Notes: generated by a model from the sequence alone, not told the origin. Counted from the first letter of the stretch, positions 6,092 through 16,185 are shown. The stretch is DNA of 43,938 nucleotides from Rhodanobacter sp. (GCA_049280175.1 JBAPPP010000103.1:1-43938); one strand, 5' to 3'. Program-made: numbers and translations.

Positions 6092-9036
6092 GCACCGCGA
6101 CCACCAACGCCACGGCCGCACCGAATGCAGGTGGCATCGGTTGCACGCTGATGCCGTCCTGCAGCGATGAAGCACGGCGCGAAAAACTGCGCACGACGAG
6201 CACGCTCAACGGCATCGATTATGTGGAGGTGGGCGACGATGGCGTGACGCTGTGCGTGCATTTGTTTGGCGACATTCCCACGGATATCCAGGTCGCCAAC
6301 GTGCGGGTCAGTGGCGGCGACCGCATCACCGGCCTGCGCGTGCTAAGCGTCAACGAGGAACGCGAGCCCGAGCTGCATGACGATGTTTGCCTACGCGTGC
6401 TGCTGGATCGCGAAGGCGATCACACCGCGTATTGCCTGTGCATCGTAGACGCGTCCTCCGGCAGCGATCCGGCCAGCTGGGTCGCCTACACAGGATTCGA
6501 TCCGCGCTATGCCTGTGCCACCCTGCGTTTCCGTCTCGACTGTGGCAAGAATCTCGACTGCGCCGCCAGCGCGCCCTGCGTGCCGACACCGCAGCCACTG
6601 CCGGAAATCAACTATCTCGCCAAGGACTATGCGAGCTTCCGCCAGCTGCTTTTTGATCGCATGGCACTGAACATACCGGCGTGGCGGGAGCGGCATGTAC
6701 CGGACATCGGCGTGGCGCTGGTCGAAGTGCTGGCTTATACCGCCGACTATCTGAGCTACTACCAGGACGCGGTTGCCACCGAGGCTTATCTCGGCACGGC
6801 GCGTCGACGCATTTCGGTGCGCCGGCATGCGCGGCTGGTTGACTACCGCATGCACGAGGGCTGCAACGCGCGTGCGCTGGTGGCGCTGTCACTCGCCGTG
6901 GGCGAAGCCACGCTGGAACTGGATAAGCTGTTGTTGCTCGCGCCACCACCGGCACAGCTCAACGTCGTACCCGGTTTTATCGACGCGACGCAGCTCGCCG
7001 CAGCGCGCGTGCAGGGCGCGCCGATCTTCGAGCCGATGGCGCTGGATGGCGCCACCTCCATCACCGTCATTGCCGCACAGAGCGCGATGCGCTTCTACAC
7101 CTGGGGCGATGAATTGTGCTGTCTGCCGCGCGGCAGCACGCAAGCCGTGCTGGTCGATGCGCCATTGCCGGCTGCGCCACCACCACCGTCACCGGCGGCC
7201 CCGCCTTCGATGGCGACGTCGAATCCACCAACGACTCAGCCCGCATCTTCGACGCCTCCTGCCGCGGCGTCGGGTAATCCCAACGATCCAGCCAGCGTGA
7301 CAGGTATCGCAACAGCTAGCGCACAGACGGCCTCGGCGCCAGTCACCCCAGCGGCTTCGAGCAAAGCCGCCGTAGCCGCACCGCAACGTGCATTGCAATT
7401 ACAGGTGGGCGATATCCTCATTTTCGAAGAAGTATTGGGCCCAGCCACCGGCAATCCGGCCGACGCCGATCCCACCCATCGGCAAGCGGTGCGGCTGACC
7501 GAGGTCGTGGGACTTGTCGATCCACTCGACGGCACCTTGCTGCTGGAGATCAGCTGGGATGCCTGCGATGCGCTGACGTTCGACCTGTGTCTGTCGGTGC
7601 GCATGCCATCGCCGGACTGTTCTTGGGTGGAGGACGTGAGCCTTGCGCGTGGCAACGTGCTGCTGGTGGACCATGGCGATCACCTGCCGGGGCAGTGCAG
7701 CTGCGCCGCCATCTGTACGCCCAGCGGCAGCGATGACGTGGGCAATGACGTCTATCCCGGCTTGACCAGCGCACTTGCCGACATGCCCGATGCCTGCCAG
7801 CGCTGCAACGCGCTCGCCGAGGATTGCTGGCTGGTGCCCGGCTCCACGCGCTACGGTTGCTGCCAATGCGAAGGCGCGGTGCAGGACGTTACCTGTCCGC
7901 CCGATGACACCGGCCATGTATTGCCCGGTACACCGATGACCTGGGCCGAGCCCCTGCCGAGCCAGCCGCAGGCACCGGTATGCAAATTGCTCGCGCGTGA
8001 TCCGCGCGCGGCGCTGCCGCAACTCACCGTGTATGGCGGTGCGTTGGCCGACGTGCTGATCGATACCAGCTCAGGCAACTCAGGCATCCCAGCCGAGGCA
8101 TGGCAGTGGCACTCGTGCCAGGACTTGTTGGAGAGCGGCCCGAACGATCGTCACTTCGTGGTGGAGATTGACGACGACGGCGCCGCGCATCTGCGCTTTG
8201 GCGATGGTGTGTTGGGGCAACAACCCCAGGCCGGCGATTTTTTCCGTGCCTTGTCGCGCCTCGGCAATGGCACGGCCGGCAATGTGGGGCGCGATAGCAT
8301 CGTATGGCTGGCACTCACATCCGACGTACCGCCGGCCGGCGTTCAGGCGCGCAATCCGCTACCGGCGAGCGGCGGCACCGCAGCGGAAACGCTGGCCGAA
8401 GTGAAGCTCTATGCACCCGGCGCATTCAGTGCCGAACCGCTGCGCGCCATCATCGCCGACGACTACGCCACGTTTGCCGAGCAGTCACCGAAGCTGCAGG
8501 GCGCCGCCTGCGCCATGGCGTGGAACGGCAGCAACTACGAGGCGGACGTCGTGGTCGATCCGCTTGGCCGCGAAAGCCTGCTCCCAGCGTTGGCCCGCAG
8601 CATCGCGCGCGATCTCTATCGCTATCGACGTATCGGTCACGACGTGGCTGTGTTGGGCGCGAACTATGTGCCGTTGTTGATCGAATTGTTCGTCTGCGTG
8701 CTGCCCGACTTCCTCACGGCGCAGGTGCAGGCGCAGTTGGTCGACTGCTTCACGGCGGGCTCACGCAGCAACGGCACGCCGGGCTTTTTCAATCCCGACC
8801 GATTGCAATTGGGTGAGCCCGTGTTCCTCAGCACTTTGATGGCCCAGGCCCAGGCAATCACCGGCGTGGCGCATGTGAAGGTGCGCACACTGACACGCAT
8901 GGAGGTCGGCCAGTCGGGCGATGTGCCTGCCGATGGCGTACTGCACATGGCGGCGAGCGAGATTGCCCAGGTCGACAACGATTCGGATCATCCCGATCAC
9001 GGCAGCATCAGTTTCTGTATGGGAGGTGGGCGATGA
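6088..9036 (+). CDS. Baseplate J-like protein 1 (Afp11/12-type), 982 aa
   Basis: INYLAKDYASFRQLL, DIGVALVEVLAY..D.LSYYQDAVATEAYLGTARRRISVRRHARLVDY, LRFGDG..G..P, GNGTAGNV, NPLPASGG, RAIIADDY. Confidence 0.9.
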   Translation: MSTATTNATAAPNAGGIGCTLMPSCSDEARREKLRTTSTLNGIDYVEVGDDGVTLCVHLFGDIPTDIQVANVRVSGGDRITGLRVLSVNEEREPELHDDVCLRVLLDREGDHTAYCLCIVDASSGSDPASWVAYTGFDPRYACATLRFRLDCGKNLDCAASAPCVPTPQPLPEINYLAKDYASFRQLLFDRMALNIPAWRERHVPDIGVALVEVLAYTADYLSYYQDAVATEAYLGTARRRISVRRHARLVDYRMHEGCNARALVALSLAVGEATLELDKLLLLAPPPAQLNVVPGFIDATQLAAARVQGAPIFEPMALDGATSITVIAAQSAMRFYTWGDELCCLPRGSTQAVLVDAPLPAAPPPPSPAAPPSMATSNPPTTQPASSTPPAAASGNPNDPASVTGIATASAQTASAPVTPAASSKAAVAAPQRALQLQVGDILIFEEVLGPATGNPADADPTHRQAVRLTEVVGLVDPLDGTLLLEISWDACDALTFDLCLSVRMPSPDCSWVEDVSLARGNVLLVDHGDHLPGQCSCAAICTPSGSDDVGNDVYPGLTSALADMPDACQRCNALAEDCWLVPGSTRYGCCQCEGAVQDVTCPPDDTGHVLPGTPMTWAEPLPSQPQAPVCKLLARDPRAALPQLTVYGGALADVLIDTSSGNSGIPAEAWQWHSCQDLLESGPNDRHFVVEIDDDGAAHLRFGDGVLGQQPQAGDFFRALSRLGNGTAGNVGRDSIVWLALTSDVPPAGVQARNPLPASGGTAAETLAEVKLYAPGAFSAEPLRAIIADDYATFAEQSPKLQGAACAMAWNGSNYEADVVVDPLGRESLLPALARSIARDLYRYRRIGHDVAVLGANYVPLLIELFVCVLPDFLTAQVQAQLVDCFTAGSRSNGTPGFFNPDRLQLGEPVFLSTLMAQAQAITGVAHVKVRTLTRMEVGQSGDVPADGVLHMAASEIAQVDNDSDHPDHGSISFCMGGGR

Positions 9037-12000
9037 GCTGCTGCAGCGCCTGTGGCCAGCATGCTTGCGCCTGTGGTTGTGGCGCCCCTGCTCGCACGCC
9101 ACTGTCTTTGTACAACCGGCCTGGCTTGAACAGCCTGACGTATCGCGTCGGCACCTATGCCGATTTCCGCGCCACCATGCAGATGGACCTGAGCAGCGCC
9201 GCGCTGCCTGCACTGGCTGGTCTGCGCACGCGCGAGCTTGACGATCCTTTGATGGCCTTGCTCGATGCGTGGGCCATCGGGGCCGATGTGTTGAGCTTCT
9301 ACCAGGAGCGCATCGCCAACGAAGGATATCTGCGCACGGCTACGGAGCGGCGCTCGGTGCTCGAGCTCGGCAAGCTGCTCGACTATCGCCTGCGACCTGG
9401 CGTGGCCGCCAGCGTCTACCTCGCCTACACCATCGACGGCAACTCGGGACCGGTGACTATTCCAGCCGGTTCGCGCGCGCAATCGGTGCCAGCGCCAGGT
9501 CAGCAGATGCAGACGTTCGAGACCTCCGATGATCTCGACGCGCAGAACGAATGGAATGCCTTGCAGCCACGGCTGACGCAACCGCAGAACATATCGCTCG
9601 ACACCATTGCCGGCCTCAATGAAGTGTGGTTGGCGAGCATCAGCACCAACCTGAAGCAAAATGACCGGCTGCTTTTTCAGTTCGGTGATCTCAGTACCGG
9701 TGTGTCGGCGATCCGGCTGGTGCAGTCAGTGGATGTGCAGCAGCTGGATCAGCGCAGCCATCTGGTATTGCAGTCACTCGATGCGATCACGGTGCAGATC
9801 GTCGCCGCGGCAAACGCTGCGATAGCAGCACTTGCTTCGACTGGCGGCAGCTGGTTGCAGGCGCTGGAGGAAGTGCGCCAGCAATTGCTGCTCGGCAAGA
9901 GCAATGGCGGTAGCTTTGTCGAATTCCGCCGCAGCTTCGGTGAATTGGAGGGCTATCAATCCGGGCCGGCAGCGGTGATCAGCTTCATGCAGACCGTGCA
10001 GCAGGCCTTCGGCGGCACTGGCTCGGTCGTCCCACCCGCCAACAGCGGCTTCCGCGCGCTGTTCGGTGCGTTGACTCTGCCGCTGACGCTGCAACCAGCC
10101 AACAGCTTGCGCTTGCAGCGCAGTGTAAGCACCGCGCTGAGCGTTGCCAGTGACACGCGACCGCAGCTGTTGCTCAATTTCGAGGCGCCGCTGGTCGATA
10201 CCTTCTATCGTGCGTGGGTCAATGTGCCACACGGCGATCCCTCGCCGACACTAAGCGGCATGTTCGCCATGCGCGTCACGGCTTCGCTGTTCGGCTACAA
10301 CGCACCGGTGCCGATGACCATCGTGCAGACATGGGATTCGACCAACTCGCAATGGGTCTCCACGCCGACGCCGGGCACGCTGACGTCGAACGAATCGGAC
10401 GACCTGCTGTGGCTGGACAACTCGTATGCCGGCATTGCCGCTGGCAGCTACGTGATCATCCAGACCGACGACAACAACCTGCCGGTGGTGGCCCAGGTGG
10501 ACAGCGTGCGGACCATGCCACACACCGACTATGGCCTCAGCGGAAAGACCACCCAGGTGGCGCTTGTCGATACGTCGAGCGGTGGCACGGGCGTGTGGCT
10601 GGCGCCCGACATGGACTCGTTGCGCGGCATCCAGGTCTACGCGCAAAGCGAAGCGTTGCCGCTGGCCGACCTGGTGCTCGCCGATGACGTGGGCGACGTA
10701 GCGGCAAGCAGCGCTGGCATTGCCGGTGACGGCGCGACGCGTGTGACTCTCGACACTGCCGTCGACGGACTGAAAGCCGGGCGTTGGGTAATCGTCCAAG
10801 GTCAGCGTACCGACGTTCCGGGCACCGATGCGGTCACCGCCGCGGAGCCGGTGATGTTGCTTGCCGTAGAGCAGAACGTTGCTGCGGGTCTGCCCGGCGA
10901 CACCATCCACAGCACCCTGGTCTTTGCAAACACTGGCCTGGCTTACACCTACCTTCGCAGCAGTGTCACGATCTACGCCAACGTGGTGGATGCCACCAAC
11001 GGCCAGACGCGCAACGAGGTATTGGGCAATGGCAACGGTGCTACTGCCATGCAGACATTCCAGCTCAAGCAGTCGCCGCTGACCTATGTTTCGGCCGCCA
11101 CGGTCGACGGTGTTCAGAGCACGCTGAGCACCAGCGTGAATGGTGTGCTGTGGCAGGAAGTGCGCAACCTGGCCTTCGTCGGCGCCGGCGACCGTAACTT
11201 CGTCACCGCCATCGACAATGCAGGCAATACCAACGTCACCTTTGGAGACGGCACACACGGCGCGCGGTTGCCCACCGGTGTCGAAAATATCACTGCGGTT
11301 TATCGCAACGGCATCGGCACACCAGGCAATGTCGACGCACAGCAGATCAGCTTGCTGGCGACCAAGCCGCTCGGTGTGACAAAGGTGATCAATCCGCTGC
11401 GCGCATCCGGTGGCGCCGATCCCGAAACGCGCGACCAGGCGCGCCGCAACGTGCCCCTTGCCGTGCTTGCGCTGGATCGGCTGGTCTCGGTGGCCGACTA
11501 TGCGGACTTCTCACGCACTTTCGGCGGCGTGGGCAAAGCTTCTGCCGTGAAGCTTGGCAACCAGGTGCGGGTGACCATCGCGGGCGCCGATGATGCGCCG
11601 ATCGACGCGACCTCCGACCTCTACCGCAACCTGCTGCAGGCGATGCAGAGCTACGGCGATCCCTCGCTGTCGCTCGGCCTCGATGTGCGCGAGTTGCTCG
11701 CACTGACGCTAAGCGCGAAGGTTGGCCTGGCGCCCGACTACATGTGGGAAAACGTCGAGCCGCTGGTACGCGCGTCGCTACTCAATGCGTTTGGGTTTGA
11801 ATCGCGTGACCTGGCGCAAAACGCGTACCTCAGCGAAGTCGTTGCCTGTATCCAGGCTGTACCTGGCGTGGCATGGGTGGACGTGGACGCGTTCGGCAGC
11901 TTTGACGAAGCGACCTTGCTCGCCGATTTCAGCGGCGATGGCGGTGACGGCAACGGCAGCGAAAATGGAAGCGGCAGTCCGGGCAGTATCGCCAGCGCGC

Positions 12001-12158
12001 CGACGATGACGCCGCCGGCACCCTCATCCGCGCAGCCACCGCAGCGCGTGGTGGCCATGCCCGCACGCTACGAAAACGGCACCGTGCAGGCGGCCCAGCT
12101 GCTTTATCTGCTCGCCGATGTGCCAGACACCTTGCTGCTGCAGGAGGCGACTTCATGA
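9033..12158 (+). CDS. Baseplate J-like protein 2 (Afp11/12-type), 1041 aa
   Basis: ALLDAWA...DVLSFYQERIANEGYLRTATERRSVLELGKLLDY, TFGDGTHGARLPTG, YRNGIGTPGNV, NPLRASGGADPE, DRLVSVADY. Confidence 0.9.
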   Translation: MSCCSACGQHACACGCGAPARTPLSLYNRPGLNSLTYRVGTYADFRATMQMDLSSAALPALAGLRTRELDDPLMALLDAWAIGADVLSFYQERIANEGYLRTATERRSVLELGKLLDYRLRPGVAASVYLAYTIDGNSGPVTIPAGSRAQSVPAPGQQMQTFETSDDLDAQNEWNALQPRLTQPQNISLDTIAGLNEVWLASISTNLKQNDRLLFQFGDLSTGVSAIRLVQSVDVQQLDQRSHLVLQSLDAITVQIVAAANAAIAALASTGGSWLQALEEVRQQLLLGKSNGGSFVEFRRSFGELEGYQSGPAAVISFMQTVQQAFGGTGSVVPPANSGFRALFGALTLPLTLQPANSLRLQRSVSTALSVASDTRPQLLLNFEAPLVDTFYRAWVNVPHGDPSPTLSGMFAMRVTASLFGYNAPVPMTIVQTWDSTNSQWVSTPTPGTLTSNESDDLLWLDNSYAGIAAGSYVIIQTDDNNLPVVAQVDSVRTMPHTDYGLSGKTTQVALVDTSSGGTGVWLAPDMDSLRGIQVYAQSEALPLADLVLADDVGDVAASSAGIAGDGATRVTLDTAVDGLKAGRWVIVQGQRTDVPGTDAVTAAEPVMLLAVEQNVAAGLPGDTIHSTLVFANTGLAYTYLRSSVTIYANVVDATNGQTRNEVLGNGNGATAMQTFQLKQSPLTYVSAATVDGVQSTLSTSVNGVLWQEVRNLAFVGAGDRNFVTAIDNAGNTNVTFGDGTHGARLPTGVENITAVYRNGIGTPGNVDAQQISLLATKPLGVTKVINPLRASGGADPETRDQARRNVPLAVLALDRLVSVADYADFSRTFGGVGKASAVKLGNQVRVTIAGADDAPIDATSDLYRNLLQAMQSYGDPSLSLGLDVRELLALTLSAKVGLAPDYMWENVEPLVRASLLNAFGFESRDLAQNAYLSEVVACIQAVPGVAWVDVDAFGSFDEATLLADFSGDGGDGNGSENGSGSPGSIASAPTMTPPAPSSAQPPQRVVAMPARYENGTVQAAQLLYLLADVPDTLLLQEATS

Positions 12159-14398
12159 GCGCGAATCCGGACCGCCTGTATGACCTGATGCCCGCTGTCT
12201 ATCGCATGCGCGATGCCGGCCAGGGTTATCCCTTGCGTGATTTTCTACGTGTGCTGGCCACTCAGGCCAACGTTCTGGAGCAGGACATCACGCGGCTTTA
12301 CAACAACTGGTTCATCGAGACCTGCGACGACTGGGTGGTGCCGTATATCGGCGACCTGCTTGGCTACACGTTGCTTCCGGAAGCGGCCACACTGGGTGAA
12401 GACGGCAGCAACGCGATGCGCCTCGGCCGCGTACTGGCACCGCGTGCAGACGTGGCGAACACGATCGACGCGCGGCGCCGCAAGGGCACCTTGTCCCTGC
12501 TGGAGGATCTTGCACGCGACTCGGCTGGATGGCCGGCGCGCGCGGTGGAGTTCTACAAGTTGCTTGGCTGGATGCAGCATCTGGATCACCAGCATCCTCA
12601 TCGCGGTGGCAATGCCGACTTGCACGATCCGGGCGTCATGCAGTGCATAGGCTGGGCGAATGGGGCGTTCGATCCACTGGCCCACAGCATCGACGTGCGA
12701 CGCCTGGGCAGTGCACGTCGACGTGGTCGATACGGCATTCCCGATGTCGCGGATTTCGTGTTTCGTCTGCGCAACTATCCGGTCACAAAGTCGCCGGCTT
12801 ATTGCCTGGAGGAACGCGGACCGCACTGCTTCACGTTCAGCGTGCTTGGCAATGACACCGCGCTGTTCCAGTTGCCCATCGAAGAGAGCGTTCCCACGCA
12901 TATCGCGCAGGAGTTCAATCTGCCAGTGCCGCTGCGCCGTTATCGCTTTGCCGAACGCGGGCCGCAGGCCGATTACGCCACCGTATCGACGGCGTTGTAT
13001 GGCGCTGACAAAAGCGTGCTGATCTACGCGCCCGACTGGCCAAGCAAGGGCCAAGGCTTGCCGATACCCCCTGGTGCGGTGATACCGGCAGATCTCGACG
13101 CATGGCGCTACCAGATACCACGCGGTCATGTGGCCGTGGACCCGGAGCGCGGACGCATCATGTTCCCGGCCAACTATCGTCCGAAGCGCGGCGTGTGGGT
13201 CAGCTATCAGTACGGCTTCGCTGCCGATCTGGGCGGTGGGGAATACGCACGCGTAACGCCGGAGCTTGAGAACGCCACACGCTATATCGTTCACACTGCG
13301 TTGCCGGACAGCGATCCGACCAAGGTCACCTGGCCGGCAGGCCACTACGCGAGCATCGCTGACGCACTCTCGGCATGGACGACGGCCAAGACCACCACGC
13401 CGACGCTGCGTGCCTTGATCATCGAGCTGGCTGAGAGTGGCGTCTACGAAGGCAGCATCGACCTGCAGCTCGCCGCAGGAGAAGCGATCCAGCTGCGCGC
13501 CGCCGATCGAACACGCCCAGTGCTGCGCCTGCTGGACGTACGCGCCAGCCAACCCGATGCGCTATCAGTCAGCGGCGGACCCGGCAGTCGCCTGCTACTC
13601 GATGGCCTGATGATTGTCGGGCGTGGCGTGGAAGTGCAGCTGTCTGGCGACAGCGATAATGACGTCGTGCAGGAGGATCTGTGCGAGTTGCTGATCCGCC
13701 ACTGCACGCTGGTGCCGGGCTGGGCGCTTCAATGCGATTGCGATCCCAAGCGCCCGGGCGAGCCGAGCGTAACCCTGGACAGCACGCGCGCGTCTCTGCG
13801 TGTCGAGCACAGCATCATTGGGGCCATCTCCGTGATCAGCCCGGCGCGACGAGGCGAGCCGCCGAACCTGCAAGTGTGCGATAGCATCGTGGATGCGACC
13901 GGCATCGAGCGCGTGGCGCTTGGTGCGCCGGATGAAGCAGTAGCCTATGTGCAAGTGAGCTTCGTACGCTGCACGGTGATCGGAGAAGTGCAGGCACACA
14001 GCGTGGCGCTAGCCGAGGACTCGATCTTTGCCAGCACATTGCGCGTGCTGCGGCGGCAGTTTGGCTGCGTGCGTTTCTGCTACGTGCCGGTGGGCTCGCG
14101 GACGCCGCAGCGCTTTCATTGCCAGCCTGATCTCGCGCTCTCCACAGCGGACAGCACGCAGCAGGCGCAGGAAACACTTCGCGTGGTGCCTGAGTTCCGC
14201 AGCTTGCGCTACACCACGGCCGACTATGCACGACTTGCCGACATCTGTTGCGACGAGATTCGCAGCGGTGCGTCCGACCTCTCGGCGATGGGCGTGTACC
14301 ACGACCTCTACGAACCGCAGCGCGAGGCGAACCTCAACGCGCGGCTTGCCGAATACGTGCCGGCGGATACCGACGCCGGCATTCTCTACGCGAGTTAG
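12155..14398 (+). CDS. Baseplate wedge protein with phage tail-I-like N-terminus
   Basis: LYDLMPAVYRMRD, YNNWFIETCDDWVVPYIGDLLG, RADVANTIDARRRKGTL, VAVDPERGR, GCVRFCYVP..S.TP.RF.CQP; lies between the J genes and DUF6519. Confidence 0.8.
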   Translation: MSANPDRLYDLMPAVYRMRDAGQGYPLRDFLRVLATQANVLEQDITRLYNNWFIETCDDWVVPYIGDLLGYTLLPEAATLGEDGSNAMRLGRVLAPRADVANTIDARRRKGTLSLLEDLARDSAGWPARAVEFYKLLGWMQHLDHQHPHRGGNADLHDPGVMQCIGWANGAFDPLAHSIDVRRLGSARRRGRYGIPDVADFVFRLRNYPVTKSPAYCLEERGPHCFTFSVLGNDTALFQLPIEESVPTHIAQEFNLPVPLRRYRFAERGPQADYATVSTALYGADKSVLIYAPDWPSKGQGLPIPPGAVIPADLDAWRYQIPRGHVAVDPERGRIMFPANYRPKRGVWVSYQYGFAADLGGGEYARVTPELENATRYIVHTALPDSDPTKVTWPAGHYASIADALSAWTTAKTTTPTLRALIIELAESGVYEGSIDLQLAAGEAIQLRAADRTRPVLRLLDVRASQPDALSVSGGPGSRLLLDGLMIVGRGVEVQLSGDSDNDVVQEDLCELLIRHCTLVPGWALQCDCDPKRPGEPSVTLDSTRASLRVEHSIIGAISVISPARRGEPPNLQVCDSIVDATGIERVALGAPDEAVAYVQVSFVRCTVIGEVQAHSVALAEDSIFASTLRVLRRQFGCVRFCYVPVGSRTPQRFHCQPDLALSTADSTQQAQETLRVVPEFRSLRYTTADYARLADICCDEIRSGASDLSAMGVYHDLYEPQREANLNARLAEYVPADTDAGILYAS

Positions 14399-14408
14399 GA
14401 GATCGACC

Positions 14409-16139
14409 ATGAAAGGCGACTTCGCACGTGTCACGTTCGATCCGACCTTGCACTACAGCCAGGTCTTCCAGCAGCAGGGCAGGGTGCTGCTGGAGGCAGA
14501 CTGGAACGAGCAGGCGAGTATCCAGCTGCATCTGTTGCGCACGATGGTGAGGGACCTGGTCGGACCGTGTTGGGCGGTCGGGCAGGGCTTCAGCATCGCC
14601 ACGCAACCACACGTGACGGACTGGCAGCTATCGGCAGGGCATTTCTATGCCGACGGAATACTGTGCGTGAACGACGCGATGTGCACGCTCTCCACCCAGC
14701 CGTATGCGCCGACGCCGGACGACACTGTCTACGGTGGCAGCCTGGTTGATCCACCCGACAGTTTCGCGTTATGGCTCGATGTGTGGGAACGCCATCTCTG
14801 CGCCGTGGAGGCACCGGAGATCAGCGATACCGCACTCAATGGCGTCGATACCGCCTCCCGTGCGCAAGTGGTGTGGCAGGCTCGCATGCTGGCATTGGAC
14901 GCCAGCCACGAAGGCGCGCCGCTCGACAATGTAACGGCAGCGCTGAACGTCCGCCTGGCGGCGGCGACCAGTGCTGCTGACCAGACGCTGATTCAGCAGC
15001 AGCTTGCTGATATCTCGCAGTTGAGCAATAGCTTCGGCGTGCCGACAGCGGCCGGTGGCATCAACGATCCTTGCGCGACCTTGCGACAGATTTTTGGCGC
15101 GCGCTCCATGTACGCATGGCCCGCCATGAGTGCGCAACTCGGGCCCGTGGAGTCGGACAGCGACCCCTGCATCATCGCTGCCGACGCACGCTATCGCGGC
15201 TGCGAGAACCAGCTTTACCGGGTCGAAGTCCATCAAGGTGGGCTTGCCAGCACCACGACCACGGCGGCCGCCAGCATAAAATGGTCGCGTGAGGACGGTT
15301 CGGTGGTCTTTCCGGTGTTGACTGCCCCCAGCACGCCACAAGGTGATGGCAGCACCCAGATCGCGGTGAAGCTGGCGAACCTCGGTCGCGATCAGCGACT
15401 CGGTCTTGCCGTCAACGACTGGGTTGAGTTGGTGGACGACGACTACACGCTGGCGCAGCTCGCATTTCCACTGTTGCAGGTGATCGCGATCGATGCCACC
15501 GACTGCATCGTCACGCTTACGGTGCCGAAAACCGTCACTCCTTACGCCATCAACACGTCGGCGCAGAAGCATCCATTGCTGCGTCGCTGGGATCAAAGCG
15601 TCGCTGTGAGTGCGCAAGGCACCGTGCCGCTGGTTGAGGGCACGCCTATTGATCTCGAAGACGGCATTCAGATCAACTTCGTGCCTGGAGGCCTGTATGC
15701 CACGGGCGACTATTGGTTGATTCCGGCACGCGTCGCTGGCAACGGTACGCTCGACTGGCCGCTGGTAGCAGGCGCCGCTGCCGCGCTCAAGTCGCGAGGC
15801 ATGCATCATTACTCCGTGCTAGGCATCTCCAACGCGAACGGCGGATTCACTGAATGCTGCTGCCGTTTCGATTCGATCTGCGCGCTGATCCAGCGAGGCG
15901 CAAACCAGGCGGGAATGAACAACATCGCCTCCGTGCAGCAGCAGCCGGCGCCGGCGACAAAATCGGCGCCAGTTGCAAACAGCGCGATGAAGATTGCAAA
16001 GCCGATTCCCGCTGCGAAGAAAGCGGTGAAGACGGCGAAAGCTGCGCCGGTGGCGAAGAAGGCGGTAAAGACTACCAAAGCTACGCCTGTCGCGAAGAAG
16101 GCAGTGAAGGCGATCAAAAAGGGGAGGGGTGTGTCATGA
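14409..16139 (+). CDS. DUF6519-family eCIS protein (fibre-attachment-like) with C-terminal Lys/Ala-rich repeat tail, 576 aa
   Basis: AGGAG RBS then MKGDFARVTFDP..HYSQV..QQGRVLLEADWNEQ, YRGCENQLYRVEVH, KWSREDGSV, LEDGIQI.F, GDYWLIPAR. The ORF-track start at 14028 overlaps the upstream gene and is rejected. Confidence 0.85.
   Translation: MKGDFARVTFDPTLHYSQVFQQQGRVLLEADWNEQASIQLHLLRTMVRDLVGPCWAVGQGFSIATQPHVTDWQLSAGHFYADGILCVNDAMCTLSTQPYAPTPDDTVYGGSLVDPPDSFALWLDVWERHLCAVEAPEISDTALNGVDTASRAQVVWQARMLALDASHEGAPLDNVTAALNVRLAAATSAADQTLIQQQLADISQLSNSFGVPTAAGGINDPCATLRQIFGARSMYAWPAMSAQLGPVESDSDPCIIAADARYRGCENQLYRVEVHQGGLASTTTTAAASIKWSREDGSVVFPVLTAPSTPQGDGSTQIAVKLANLGRDQRLGLAVNDWVELVDDDYTLAQLAFPLLQVIAIDATDCIVTLTVPKTVTPYAINTSAQKHPLLRRWDQSVAVSAQGTVPLVEGTPIDLEDGIQINFVPGGLYATGDYWLIPARVAGNGTLDWPLVAGAAAALKSRGMHHYSVLGISNANGGFTECCCRFDSICALIQRGANQAGMNNIASVQQQPAPATKSAPVANSAMKIAKPIPAAKKAVKTAKAAPVAKKAVKTTKATPVAKKAVKAIKKGRGVS
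15975..16130 (+). repeat. Degenerate 39-bp tandem repeat (4 units) encoding 13-aa AKKAVKxxKxxPV repeats
   Basis: Units begin at 15975, 16014, 16053 and 16092: ANSAMKIAKPIPA / AKKAVKTAKAAPV / AKKAVKTTKATPV / AKKAVKAIKKGRG. Confidence 0.85.
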
Positions 16140-16185
16140 CCATCGTTATGGCCTGATCTGTTGCAATTTCTTGGAGGAGGCACCC

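Larger units (their letters stand above)
1003..16139 (+). other. Contractile injection system (eCIS / phage-tail-like) baseplate-spike gene cluster, distal half
   Basis: Co-oriented genes in eCIS-like order (tube initiator, LysM, hub, gp5-OB, PAAR-like, gp25, baseplate J x2, tail-I-like, DUF6519). Stop/start overlaps at 1764-1767, 2768-2771, 3424-3427, 3740-3747, 4873-4876, 6088-6091, 9033-9036 and 12155-12158. No capsid, terminase or portal genes in the window. Confidence 0.9.

Noticed and set aside
12245..13552. Long antisense ORFs (e.g. 12245-13552, 4771-5937, 3707-4792, 14769-15809, 34980-36065, 39314-40270)
   Set aside because: Shadow frames of GC-rich genes with no recognisable motifs.
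2768..16139. Prophage tail module or type VI secretion system
   Set aside because: No capsid, portal, terminase, tape measure or integrase, and no TssJ/L/M, TssK or ClpV in the window. Paired large J proteins plus DUF6519 fit an eCIS. The upstream sequence is unseen.
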